From a candidate division WWE3 bacterium RIFOXYC1_FULL_40_10 (lineage in GTDB: Bacteria; Patescibacteriota; WWE3; UBA101185; UBA10185), in assembly GCA_001773215.1 (NCBI GenBank), contig MEWB01000001.1, forward strand, positions 550,099 to 614,098: DNA of 64,000 bases, given 5' to 3'. Positions 9,216 through 17,482 of the stretch are shown here, piece after piece (positions within the stretch are counted from its first letter, which is position 1; each line of letters opens with the position of its first letter). The translations under genes were made by a program, and so were the position numbers. The notes under the pieces were generated by a model, which saw nothing but the letters and a program-made list of their open reading frames with translations, was not told where the DNA came from and did not search any database.

Positions 9216-11521
9216 CTAACAATTTCCAATCTGGGTAAAGGGAATACTAGGCTCCCTCCGGAATCCATGTATTTACCTTCTTTACGTATAAAGTTTTCTC
9301 TAAAATGCCAAGGGAGTACAACCATATACTCGGGGCTATCTTTGCGAGCCTCTGCCTCCGAAACAATAGGTATCCCTGTAGTCGGAGTAACCCTTCCGAA
9401 TTTGTAGTCATTCACCTCGGCTATACAAGACATTAAATCAGAAGTAATCCCACAGTACTGTAAAATTACATTTCCTTTTGTTGAAGCCCCATACCCGATA
9501 ACTTTTTCCCCAGAGTTTTTTCTTTCTCTCAAAAAATTTATCAATGTTCTTCTACTGTTTTCTACTCTTTTCTTAAAATCTTCATAAACCAAGTTACTTG
9601 ATAAACCCCTGGCCTCTTCGTCTTTTAGTATGTCCTCGATCGTTTCCGTGGCTTCTCTATACTTAGAGTCCTTTTTAGACACCATAATTAGAAAACTGGC
9701 TCCGTTTGTATCGTTAAAACTAACATCAATTATTTTCAACCCGGCTTTATCAAACATCCACTTCAACGATTTCAATGAGTAATATTCCAAATGCTCATGG
9801 CAAATAGTGTCGTAGGAGGTATTATCCAACATATGAGGCATATAGCTCTGCTCCAATACCCATACTCCATCATCCGCTAAAACTTCGGAGATTTGCTTTA
9901 CAATTTCAAACGGGTGTTCCAAGTCGTAAAACATTGCGATCGAGGTAACTACTTTAACTTTTTGAGAGAATCTTTGTTTTATAGTATCAGCGCTGAAAAA
10001 CTCAGGTATACGAACTATATTATTGGGATAATACTCTTTAAATTTCTCGGCAGTAGGATCAACGCCAACCAAAACCAGATCCTTAGCTTGGTATTTTTGT
10101 AACATGGTACTGTCGTTACTTCCTATATCCAGAACAATATCCCCCATGTTTATATCCACTCTTGATTCTATTTTTCGTACAATTTCGGTTAAATGTTTCA
10201 CCATCGAATTATTTAACCCCGAACGATAACCGTAATTTTCACCGTATAGAAGTTCTAAATCGTAGTTATGCTTCAACTGCAGCAAACCGCAGCCACCCTC
10301 CCCACATCGAACTATTGCCAAAGGGCCTTCCGGTACTTTTTCGTTAGGTAAAGGAAATACACCACTTAATCCAAATATACCTAAATCCAACACATCAATT
10401 AGCCTGGTATTTCCACAAATTCTGCAGCTATCTATTTGCTTGTACAGCATTCTTCCAATTGTTTTTGGTGCCTCAACAGCCACCGGTTTAGCGGATTTAT
10501 ACTCCCTTAGATCTTCTTGAACCATAATGTCAATTAACTGGTCAAATTTAGTTTTAGGTGACCATCCCAGTTTGGTTCGAGCTTTTGAATTATCCCCAAG
10601 GAGGACATCTACTTCAGTAGGTCTAAAATATCGGGCATCTATCTCAACAATTGTATTTCTTGTTTTCTTGTCAATTCCCTTCTCATTTATCCCCTCGCCA
10701 ATCCACTCCAGATTAATCCCAACAAGTGAAAATGCTTTTTCACAGAATTCCCTCACAGTATGTGTTTCACCCGAAGAAATTATAAAATCGTCCGGTGTTT
10801 CTTGCTGGAGCATAAGCCACATCGCCTCAACATACTCCGGAGCATATCCCCAGTCTCTTTTGGCATCAAGGTTTCCTAAGTAAAGTTTCTCCTGCAAACC
10901 GTAATAAATCTTTGCTACTGCTTGTGTTATCTTTCGAGTAACAAAGGTTTTACCTCTCCGAGGAGACTCATGGTTAAACAAAATGCCATTACAGGCGAAT
11001 AAATTGTAGGCTTCACGGTAATTTACAGTAGTCCAATAAGCATATAGCTTGGCACTGGCATATGGAGACCTGGGATAAAACGGTGTATTCTCGCTTTGGG
11101 GTATTTCTTTTGCTTTTCCAAATAACTCAGATGTAGACGCTTGATAAAAACGTGCATTCGGACAGTTGTTTTTTAACCCATCCAGCAATCGAAGAACACC
11201 TATGGCGTCAATTTGAGCTGTATACTCCGGAACTTGAAATGAAAGATGCACGTGTGACTGGGCACCTAAATTATAAATTTCGTCAGGCTTTACTTCGGCC
11301 AAGATTTTATCCAAATTATTGGAATCAGTAAGGTCTCCATAAATAAGCTTTAGCTGCCCGCCGGTTGAGTGCGGAAACTGGATAATATGGTCAATTCTCT
11401 CAGTATTAAATGTAGAAGCCGCCCTCCTTAGGCCATATACTTCATATCCTTTTTGTAAGAGAAACTCCGCCAAATAAGAACCGTCCTGACCAGTAACGCC
11501 GGTAATTAAAGCTTTTTTCAT
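9212..11521 (-). CDS. gmd: GDP-mannose 4,6-dehydratase fused to NDP-sugar C-methyltransferase
   Basis: Canonical Gmd ([30 protein letters not shown]), then CRICG..C..C zinc site, [21 protein letters not shown]. Confidence 0.9.
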   Translation of the reverse strand: MKKALITGVTGQDGSYLAEFLLQKGYEVYGLRRAASTFNTERIDHIIQFPHSTGGQLKLIYGDLTDSNNLDKILAEVKPDEIYNLGAQSHVHLSFQVPEYTAQIDAIGVLRLLDGLKNNCPNARFYQASTSELFGKAKEIPQSENTPFYPRSPYASAKLYAYWTTVNYREAYNLFACNGILFNHESPRRGKTFVTRKITQAVAKIYYGLQEKLYLGNLDAKRDWGYAPEYVEAMWLMLQQETPDDFIISSGETHTVREFCEKAFSLVGINLEWIGEGINEKGIDKKTRNTIVEIDARYFRPTEVDVLLGDNSKARTKLGWSPKTKFDQLIDIMVQEDLREYKSAKPVAVEAPKTIGRMLYKQIDSCRICGNTRLIDVLDLGIFGLSGVFPLPNEKVPEGPLAIVRCGEGGCGLLQLKHNYDLELLYGENYGYRSGLNNSMVKHLTEIVRKIESRVDINMGDIVLDIGSNDSTMLQKYQAKDLVLVGVDPTAEKFKEYYPNNIVRIPEFFSADTIKQRFSQKVKVVTSIAMFYDLEHPFEIVKQISEVLADDGVWVLEQSYMPHMLDNTSYDTICHEHLEYYSLKSLKWMFDKAGLKIIDVSFNDTNGASFLIMVSKKDSKYREATETIEDILKDEEARGLSSNLVYEDFKKRVENSRRTLINFLRERKNSGEKVIGYGASTKGNVILQYCGITSDLMSCIAEVNDYKFGRVTPTTGIPIVSEAEARKDSPEYMVVLPWHFRENFIRKEGKYMDSGGSLVFPLPRLEIVR

Positions 11522-11570
11522 AAGAAACCTCGCTAAATCAATTTAATAAATTTTGGGCAGTGGAATGAGT

Positions 11571-12833
11571 TCAATCTCCTTCGAACTTAACTTGGGCATA
11601 GTATCTTAAACCATGTTCTCTAAGTACTTCTCCTCCTTTTAGGTCGGGCAAATCTACAACAAAGGCCAACTCTACAATCTCGGCACCTAGTTTCTTGAGT
11701 AGCCTCGCAGCTGCAAAGGAAGTTCCTCCTGTGGCTAAAAGATCGTCTACCAATAATACTTTTTGACCATACGAAATAGCGTCTCTGTGTACTTCAATAG
11801 TATCAGTTCCGTATTCTTTTTGGTAGGTTTCATACTCACATTCGGCAGGTAGTTTTCCCTTTTTTCGTATCGGAACAAAACCCACTCCAAGCTTATTGGC
11901 CAATGCACCCCCCAAAATGAAGCCTCTACTTTCGATGCCTGCTACAACATCTATGTCAATTTCCGAGTATCGGGTTACGAAATCGTTAATACAAATGTTA
12001 AAACTAACTTGATCCTTTAACAAGGTCGTAATATCCCTAAACATCACACCTTCTTTTGGCCAATTAGGAATTGTTCTTATCTTAGACTTAAGTCCACTTG
12101 TAGCTAACACCTCTACCATCGCTACTATAAGCTTTTTCACCCTTTCGGAATTAGCCTTCATGCGAGTAATAACCATTTCAAAATTGACCGGCTCCTCATT
12201 TTCTTTCCAACAGTCGTAATCGGTGGACATCGCGATCGACTGGTAGGGTATTCCCAATTCGTTAGCCAAAATCACCTCGGGACAGGTGGACATATTGATT
12301 ATGTCTGCCCCCAATTTCTGAAACATCCTACTCTCGGCCTTAGTAGAAAACCTAGGGCCTTCGATTGTCACTATCGTTACGTCTTTGTTATACGAATATC
12401 CAAGGTTCTCACAGATTTCACATAGTCGGCTGCGCATTCCACCGTCGAAGGGCTCCGACATAGGTGTATGTACAACACCCTCTTCGCAAAAAGTATTTGG
12501 TCTACTACGTGTAAAATCTATAAATTGATCGGGAAAAACAATATTTCCGGGCTTGATATCTTCTTTTAAGGAACCCACTGCTGTTGTTGCTAAAATATGA
12601 GTCACACCCAAATCTTTAAAGGCTTGAATATTTGCTCGATAGTTCACTTTCGAAGGTAAAATACCATGCTGCTTGCCATGACGAGAGATTATTGCCACAT
12701 CAACTCCGGAAAGCTTTCCAAGTGTTATGGGAGAGGAAGGAAAACCCCATTTAGTTGGTATTATCTTCTCTTCGTAGTGAGTAAGTAACCGGGGATCATC
12801 AAGACCAGACCCCCCGATAATTCCTATAAGCAT
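11571..12833 (-). CDS. mtnP/apt: Methylthioadenosine phosphorylase fused to adenine phosphoribosyltransferase
   Basis: GIIGGSG, SRHG, IEGPRFST, MSTDYDCW (MTAP); IRTIPNWPKEGVMFRDIT, ESRGF, VDDLLATGGT (APRT); start moved to ATG at 12833. Confidence 0.9.
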   Translation of the reverse strand: MLIGIIGGSGLDDPRLLTHYEEKIIPTKWGFPSSPITLGKLSGVDVAIISRHGKQHGILPSKVNYRANIQAFKDLGVTHILATTAVGSLKEDIKPGNIVFPDQFIDFTRSRPNTFCEEGVVHTPMSEPFDGGMRSRLCEICENLGYSYNKDVTIVTIEGPRFSTKAESRMFQKLGADIINMSTCPEVILANELGIPYQSIAMSTDYDCWKENEEPVNFEMVITRMKANSERVKKLIVAMVEVLATSGLKSKIRTIPNWPKEGVMFRDITTLLKDQVSFNICINDFVTRYSEIDIDVVAGIESRGFILGGALANKLGVGFVPIRKKGKLPAECEYETYQKEYGTDTIEVHRDAISYGQKVLLVDDLLATGGTSFAAARLLKKLGAEIVELAFVVDLPDLKGGEVLREHGLRYYAQVKFEGD

Positions 12834-12839
12834 AAAAGA

Positions 12840-12845
12840 ATAGTA
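12840..12845 (-). promoter_or_regulatory. -10 element (TACTAT) 6 nt before ATG of MTAP-APRT
   Basis: Minus strand TACTAT-TCTTTT-ATG, no SD. Confidence 0.4.
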
Positions 12846-12853
12846 GTAGCAAA

Positions 12854-13294
12854 TTAGGGGGAACACAAGGGGAAAGATGATTTAAGATCGAACTTATGCG
12901 TTATTCTGTGATACAAAAAGTAAGCGTACAACCCTGGAGAATTTGTAAACTGGTCAATTAGCAAATGAACCGCCAGAGATAAACCTACGGAATAGAATAG
13001 TAGACTGGAATTAGCTACTAACCCTAAAGAAACAATCCCAAAAGCCAATTCCCAGGAATGGAGGAAAATGTATGCTTTTTGAGATTCTTTAAAATAATTC
13101 CCCGAGAAAAATCCCTTTAGTGTTACTCTCGATCCTCTGAATATCAAGTAATCAATCAAATGGTCTCCGTCGATAAAAAAACCGGCTACCAAGGACAATA
13201 CAAGGGGTAAATAGGATCCTGATAACAAAGAAAGCGAACCCCCCACAAGCAAGCTGGCACTCAAATGCATTATCTCAGTGTAAACCAGAGACAT
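12854..13294 (-). CDS. Small membrane protein, putative metal-dependent hydrolase (YdjM/YbcI-like)
   Basis: 3-4 TM segments with H, DGDH, FLHSWE, HLLID residues. Confidence 0.6.
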   Translation of the reverse strand: MSLVYTEIMHLSASLLVGGSLSLLSGSYLPLVLSLVAGFFIDGDHLIDYLIFRGSRVTLKGFFSGNYFKESQKAYIFLHSWELAFGIVSLGLVANSSLLFYSVGLSLAVHLLIDQFTNSPGLYAYFLYHRITHKFDLKSSFPLCSP

Positions 13295-13300
13295 TACTTA

Positions 13301-14908
13301 CTAAGCCTTAAGCCTCTTGGGCAATAAATGGCGGAATAAACTCTTTGACGCATTAATCCAAAATTTGGGATGATACCAACTTACCTTTGTCTGCTCCTCA
13401 TCGAAGTCGAGTAAGTGTCCAAGTATCCTCTTAGCGGCCATAAGATAGAACCTGATGTCAGCCCAGGTTCTGATACTTAAGATTTTTCGCATAATATATT
13501 GGGGCGTAAAAAACGACGAGTAGAGTGACTGAGTAAGCTCATACAATCTCTCCGTAGAAAAATGGGTCTTCATAACCGGCGCCCTCATATCAAACGCTTC
13601 GTAGTCAAAAGGGTCTACGGTTAACCACCCTTTTTCGACACATTCCTTATATAGTGGCGTACCTGGGTAGGGAATTGTGATAGTGGCTTGCATAGTATCA
13701 ACGTAACCTTTTTTGAACAGCTCTCGTGCCAAATTAATGGTGTTTTGAGCCATCTCTTCGGTTTCCCACGGATAACCTAACATAATTGTAAGATGAGGCT
13801 CTAATCCGCCTTTTTTCGCCATTTGGACTCCTTTTTCAATCTCCTCAATCTTTAAACCCTTATCAAGCTTGTCCAGAGTCTCTTGATTACCTGATTCCAT
13901 ACCGTACAAAATGAACCTAAAATTCGCCTTACCCATTAAATCGTAGTATTCCTGGTTTAAGGCATTTAAACGCATGTTACAGGAATAAACCACTTTTTTA
14001 CTGTAACCTGATTCAATCAACAGCTCACAAAACTTTTTGAGAGGAGGCCCCACAAAAAGTGTTCCGGCATCATCGAAAATTTCTTTTACCCCATACTTAT
14101 CTACTACATACTTCACCTCGGCAAATAACCTTTCGGGCGAAAAGCGGCGATAAGAGCCCCTTGGATTAATTGTGTGATCCCAAACACAAAAAGTACATCT
14201 ATTCCACCAGCAATCCCTGCCTGAATACATGTAAGTAGCTGGAGTATACTTATAATTTCCGTTCTCATAAGCATACAATTCCCATTTGGTTATGTCTCTA
14301 TCAACAAAGGGCAGGTCATCAAGTTTATGTGTAAGCTTTGCCGGGCCGGTCCACCAATATGTATCCTCATGTTTTGTCTGCTCTGGTAAAATGTGTTGCT
14401 TTCCCGTGTCTCTCCCCCAAATTCCCGATGGTACTTCTTTACCCTGAGATATAGAATCAGCCAAGTCCGAGAGTAAAAAGTCATAGTCACCACCCAAAAT
14501 AATATAATCTACTTTACATGCCCCCAAAGTCTCTTTTGGCAAATAGGTAACGTGATCACCTACCATTACAATATCCATACTTTTGAACTGCTCTTTAAGC
14601 TCATTCACAAGCTTCCAATGCATTTTTACAACAGGGGCCTTAGTTTCCAGTAACAATAAGTCAGGCTGTTCTTTTTCGAGTTGAGCCAACCATTCTTTGT
14701 AACTTTTCTTTTCTGCAATACCATCCATCCAGACCACCTCGTACCCCCGTTCTTTTGCTATGGTAGCAGCATAAGCAGGGATCATTGGGTATATATATGT
14801 AGGTGCATTGAAAAACTGAAACTGGCGATTTTGCGATAGCAACGGTACACCCTTGTCTGTCTCAATGGGCGGATAGGCGATGACAATTTTAAAAGTATTT
14901 TTTTGCAT
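13301..14908 (-). CDS. B12-binding-domain radical SAM protein (BchE/HpnJ-like superfamily)
   Basis: VGDHVT, GRDCWWNRCTFC (Cx4Cx2C), YGMESG, PYPGTPL; start moved to ATG at 14908. Confidence 0.88.
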   Translation of the reverse strand: MQKNTFKIVIAYPPIETDKGVPLLSQNRQFQFFNAPTYIYPMIPAYAATIAKERGYEVVWMDGIAEKKSYKEWLAQLEKEQPDLLLLETKAPVVKMHWKLVNELKEQFKSMDIVMVGDHVTYLPKETLGACKVDYIILGGDYDFLLSDLADSISQGKEVPSGIWGRDTGKQHILPEQTKHEDTYWWTGPAKLTHKLDDLPFVDRDITKWELYAYENGNYKYTPATYMYSGRDCWWNRCTFCVWDHTINPRGSYRRFSPERLFAEVKYVVDKYGVKEIFDDAGTLFVGPPLKKFCELLIESGYSKKVVYSCNMRLNALNQEYYDLMGKANFRFILYGMESGNQETLDKLDKGLKIEEIEKGVQMAKKGGLEPHLTIMLGYPWETEEMAQNTINLARELFKKGYVDTMQATITIPYPGTPLYKECVEKGWLTVDPFDYEAFDMRAPVMKTHFSTERLYELTQSLYSSFFTPQYIMRKILSIRTWADIRFYLMAAKRILGHLLDFDEEQTKVSWYHPKFWINASKSLFRHLLPKRLKA

Positions 14909-14915
14909 ATTAGTA

Positions 14916-14921
14916 ATAGTA
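14916..14921 (-). promoter_or_regulatory. -10 element (TACTAT) 7 nt before ATG of radical SAM gene
   Basis: Minus strand TACTAT-TACTAAT-ATG, no SD. Confidence 0.45.
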
Positions 14922-15010
14922 CTACATATAGATGTATATGGATACAATGGAATTTAGACCTATAAGATGATAAACTCCTGTTACATCAAAACTAAACAAA
15001 GGAGTTGAAC

Positions 15011-15325
15011 ATGCTTTATCCAGCGACAGCTAAAACAATTGTTGAACAAGCTTTACGTGCGTGGTTAAAGGGGCGCGATCTGTTGTGTGACATAATTCTT
15101 GACGAAAAGTTGAGTGTTGACCGCCAGAAGGACAAACCGGCGATATATTTCTTCGAGATCACATTTCTTACTAATGACCAGGGAGTGCAAAACGCACGAA
15201 AGTGCCAGATTTGGATTGTCCAAGAGCCCAATGGTCCTACTCATGGAAGTTGTATAATGCTTCGAGACCAAGCGACTTACGAAACCAAATTTCAATATTG
15301 GAACGAGGAAATCGTTTTACTGTAA
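15011..15325 (+). CDS. Hypothetical protein (island paralog 1)
   Basis: AAAGGAG SD 6 nt before ATG 15011; 104 aa; no recognisable family. Confidence 0.7.
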   Translation: MLYPATAKTIVEQALRAWLKGRDLLCDIILDEKLSVDRQKDKPAIYFFEITFLTNDQGVQNARKCQIWIVQEPNGPTHGSCIMLRDQATYETKFQYWNEEIVLL

Positions 15326-15337
15326 AGAGGCCGCCAA

Positions 15338-15706
15338 ATGGACAGAGTTATTTCACTAGAGGATCTCGAAAACGAAGTCAGTAAGGCATTCTTGTCGTGG
15401 GCTAAGCAATGCCCTTTGCAAATTATACAAATAAAGTTTGCACACCCTGAGATGGTGGCTGTCAAAAAGGAAGGCAATAGGTACACCGCTTTCTTTCATA
15501 TCCACTTTCATGCCAATGTTATGGGCAAGGAAAGTGACATCTTTGATGTTCAGATCGCTGTAGAAACCAATGGTGTTGTAACTAACACTTTGATCTTTTT
15601 GGCTGAGGGTCCCATCAGTGGAACCGCTTACCTGTTGAACTCAAGTAATGCATATGGAAAAAGATTCAAGATCGTGGAAAACTCCATTGAGTTTACCGAT
15701 ATCTAG
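15338..15706 (+). CDS. Hypothetical protein (island paralog 2)
   Basis: AGAGG SD before ATG; 122 aa; followed by hairpin. Confidence 0.72.
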   Translation: MDRVISLEDLENEVSKAFLSWAKQCPLQIIQIKFAHPEMVAVKKEGNRYTAFFHIHFHANVMGKESDIFDVQIAVETNGVVTNTLIFLAEGPISGTAYLLNSSNAYGKRFKIVENSIEFTDI

Positions 15707-15712
15707 TGGCTA

Positions 15713-15744
15713 ATGAAACCCATCTCTCATAAAGGTGGGTTCAT
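15713..15744 (+). terminator. Stem-loop after island ORF2, possible terminator
   Basis: ATGAA(A)CCCATCT-loop-AGGTGGGTTCAT, weak T tail. Confidence 0.45.
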
Positions 15745-15746
15745 GT

Positions 15747-15775
15747 TTGATAAATGACCTATAATATAGTATGCT
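15747..15775 (+). promoter_or_regulatory. sigma70-type promoter for island ORF3
   Basis: TTGATA-N17-TATGCT, about 30 nt upstream of start codon. Confidence 0.55.
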
Positions 15776-15805
15776 GTTATAACGTCATAAAAAAAAGGAG
15801 CTAGA

Positions 15806-16159
15806 ATGTCGCAGGACAAAAACTACTGGATGGAAGTTTGTAGGAATATAGTTAACGTAATTATTCAAGAGTGGCTGAAAAAAAACTACCCCGGAATCGA
15901 TTTTACAAAACTTTGCACAAACAGAGACACCTCCAAAAATAACAATACAAACACTCACATAAAGTGCTGGTTTGACTGTTTGGCCGAGTATGGGCATGGA
16001 TTGAATGCCCAGGTAGAGATCGGTATTGAAGTTTTGGTGCACGCAGAGAACGAGTGGGAAATTAGGGGCCAATTGACAGAAAGGCGAGTGAATTGCCCTA
16101 TAGCACTTGAATTTCTGGTCACAAGCTATTCTCCTAGAGCTACTGTGGTTTGGTTATAG
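15806..16159 (+). CDS. Hypothetical protein (island paralog 3)
   Basis: AAAGGAG SD, own promoter and terminator; 117 aa. Confidence 0.72.
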   Translation: MSQDKNYWMEVCRNIVNVIIQEWLKKNYPGIDFTKLCTNRDTSKNNNTNTHIKCWFDCLAEYGHGLNAQVEIGIEVLVHAENEWEIRGQLTERRVNCPIALEFLVTSYSPRATVVWL

Positions 16160-16167
16160 TAAGAACT

Positions 16168-16206
16168 AAAGGGCGTGCTATTTTTAAAATAAAGCGCGCC
16201 TTTTTT
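16168..16206. terminator. Intrinsic terminator between convergent genes, likely bidirectional
   Basis: AAAGGGCGTGCT...AGCGCGCCTTTTTT. Confidence 0.7.
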
Positions 16207-16465
16207 ATTCCAGGGGCCAAAGTTGTTTACCATCCATATCCTCAACTATGATCGCCATAGTCGGACAAGACTTAGCGGCCATGACAATCTTCTCCAACTC
16301 ATCCCAAATCCCTTCCTTAACATATGATATACCGTCCTCATCCAAATCAAACGTGTCTGCGGCATACACAATACAGGTTCCTGCGCTAATACACTTTTCC
16401 TTAATTACCTTGATCCTCACTTTTTGATCAGAGCTTATTGCAAATTCATTTTGTCCTTTTTTCAT
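16205..16465 (-). CDS. Single-cluster ferredoxin (3Fe-4S type)
   Basis: CISAGTC (second Cys replaced by Ala) plus distal CPTMAI. Confidence 0.85.
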   Translation of the reverse strand: MKKGQNEFAISSDQKVRIKVIKEKCISAGTCIVYAADTFDLDEDGISYVKEGIWDELEKIVMAAKSCPTMAIIVEDMDGKQLWPLE

Positions 16466-16468
16466 ATT

Positions 16469-17482
16469 TTACCCTTCTGAATAATTACCTGAACTATCTA
16501 CGGCTTTGCTGATATATTTTGGTCTTTTTAAAAATCCAACCATAAAGTAAAACCCATACGTAATATGTGTCAAAAAAATCCCCCAATACACAAACCCGAA
16601 TGCTCTTATGCTTCTTTCTTTTATTGCCACTCTTGTTGCCTCCAATCCAACTGCGGTAAAATAAACAAATAGCCCACCGAAATAAAACTTCCATAGTACA
16701 GGTAGTAGCATCGCCACCAGTGGACCCATCCACAATCCCAGCACAAAGAAAGAAGGCACAAAAAAAGCCGGTAGGCGGGAGGTCTCGGGGAAAATACGCG
16801 CAAACTGTCCTCTGTGCCTCCCATACCTTGAAATTTGCTTTAAGTGGGGCTTGAACATCTCTCTGCGATGGTGATACACAATGGGCCTTGGATCGTACAC
16901 AAAATCTTGTTTAAAAAACTTAACCAAATCCAAGCATAGTTTGGTATCTTCACCTGGCCAAAATTCCTGCAAAAACCCTCCAACCTTCTCAAATGCATCT
17001 TTCTTTACGAATAAATTCACAGTCGGAAAGTCGTTTATTTTTCTGGGAGGGAACGGCAGATGGCGATAAACAAACTTAGCGCTGGTTAAATAGGACTCTA
17101 AAACTCTGCCCGACATCTTTTCCTTAAAGCAATCATCACCGGGCGTCATCGCAGGGCCTCCTAATGCGTATGTGCCGGTTTCCTCAAAGACTTGTTCTGC
17201 CATACTAAGCCAATTTTTTGCCGGGTAAGCGTCATCGTCGATAAATGCTAATATTTCTCCTTTTGCATATAGGGAACCTAAATTTCTCTTCCCTGCGGGA
17301 TGGGAAGTCCCTGTTGGAATCACACTAAAGCGGGGGTCATTCTCAAAGTCGAATTCTTCCGGTTCATCAGGCAAAATGATAACTTCAAAGTCCTTATAAT
17401 CCAGCTGCTTCAGTTCCTCAATATTCCTTTTTAAAAAGTCGTTTATATACCTAACCGGGATAATTATGCTGTATTTTATCAT
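16469..17482 (-). CDS. GT2 glycosyltransferase with C-terminal TM helices
   Basis: SIIIP, AFIDDD, GEDTKL, hydrophobic C-terminus. Confidence 0.87.
   Translation of the reverse strand: MIKYSIIIPVRYINDFLKRNIEELKQLDYKDFEVIILPDEPEEFDFENDPRFSVIPTGTSHPAGKRNLGSLYAKGEILAFIDDDAYPAKNWLSMAEQVFEETGTYALGGPAMTPGDDCFKEKMSGRVLESYLTSAKFVYRHLPFPPRKINDFPTVNLFVKKDAFEKVGGFLQEFWPGEDTKLCLDLVKFFKQDFVYDPRPIVYHHRREMFKPHLKQISRYGRHRGQFARIFPETSRLPAFFVPSFFVLGLWMGPLVAMLLPVLWKFYFGGLFVYFTAVGLEATRVAIKERSIRAFGFVYWGIFLTHITYGFYFMVGFLKRPKYISKAVDSSGNYSEG

Noticed and set aside
13301-14908. Cx4Cx2C spacing as a novel radical SAM motif, or the gene as true hpnJ/bchE
   Set aside because: This spacing occurs in other B12-domain radical SAM proteins; no hopanoid or chlorophyll genes are present to support a specific name
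14925-14940. CATATA-GATG-TATATG inverted repeat in the divergent promoter region
   Set aside because: 6-bp AT-rich arms are expected by chance and no regulator gene is nearby
15878-15885. A8 homopolymer in island ORF3 (and similar A/T runs elsewhere) as phase-variation tracts
   Set aside because: Runs of this length are common in this AT-rich sequence and the frames are intact
15016-16072. Minus-strand ORFs across the island (71, 76, 64, 95 aa)
   Set aside because: Plus-strand ORFs have SD sites, a promoter, terminators and shared sequence pattern; the minus ones have none
14940-16204. Island as IS, prophage remnant or integron cassette array
   Set aside because: No transposase or integrase, terminal repeats, target duplication or convincing attC structure seen
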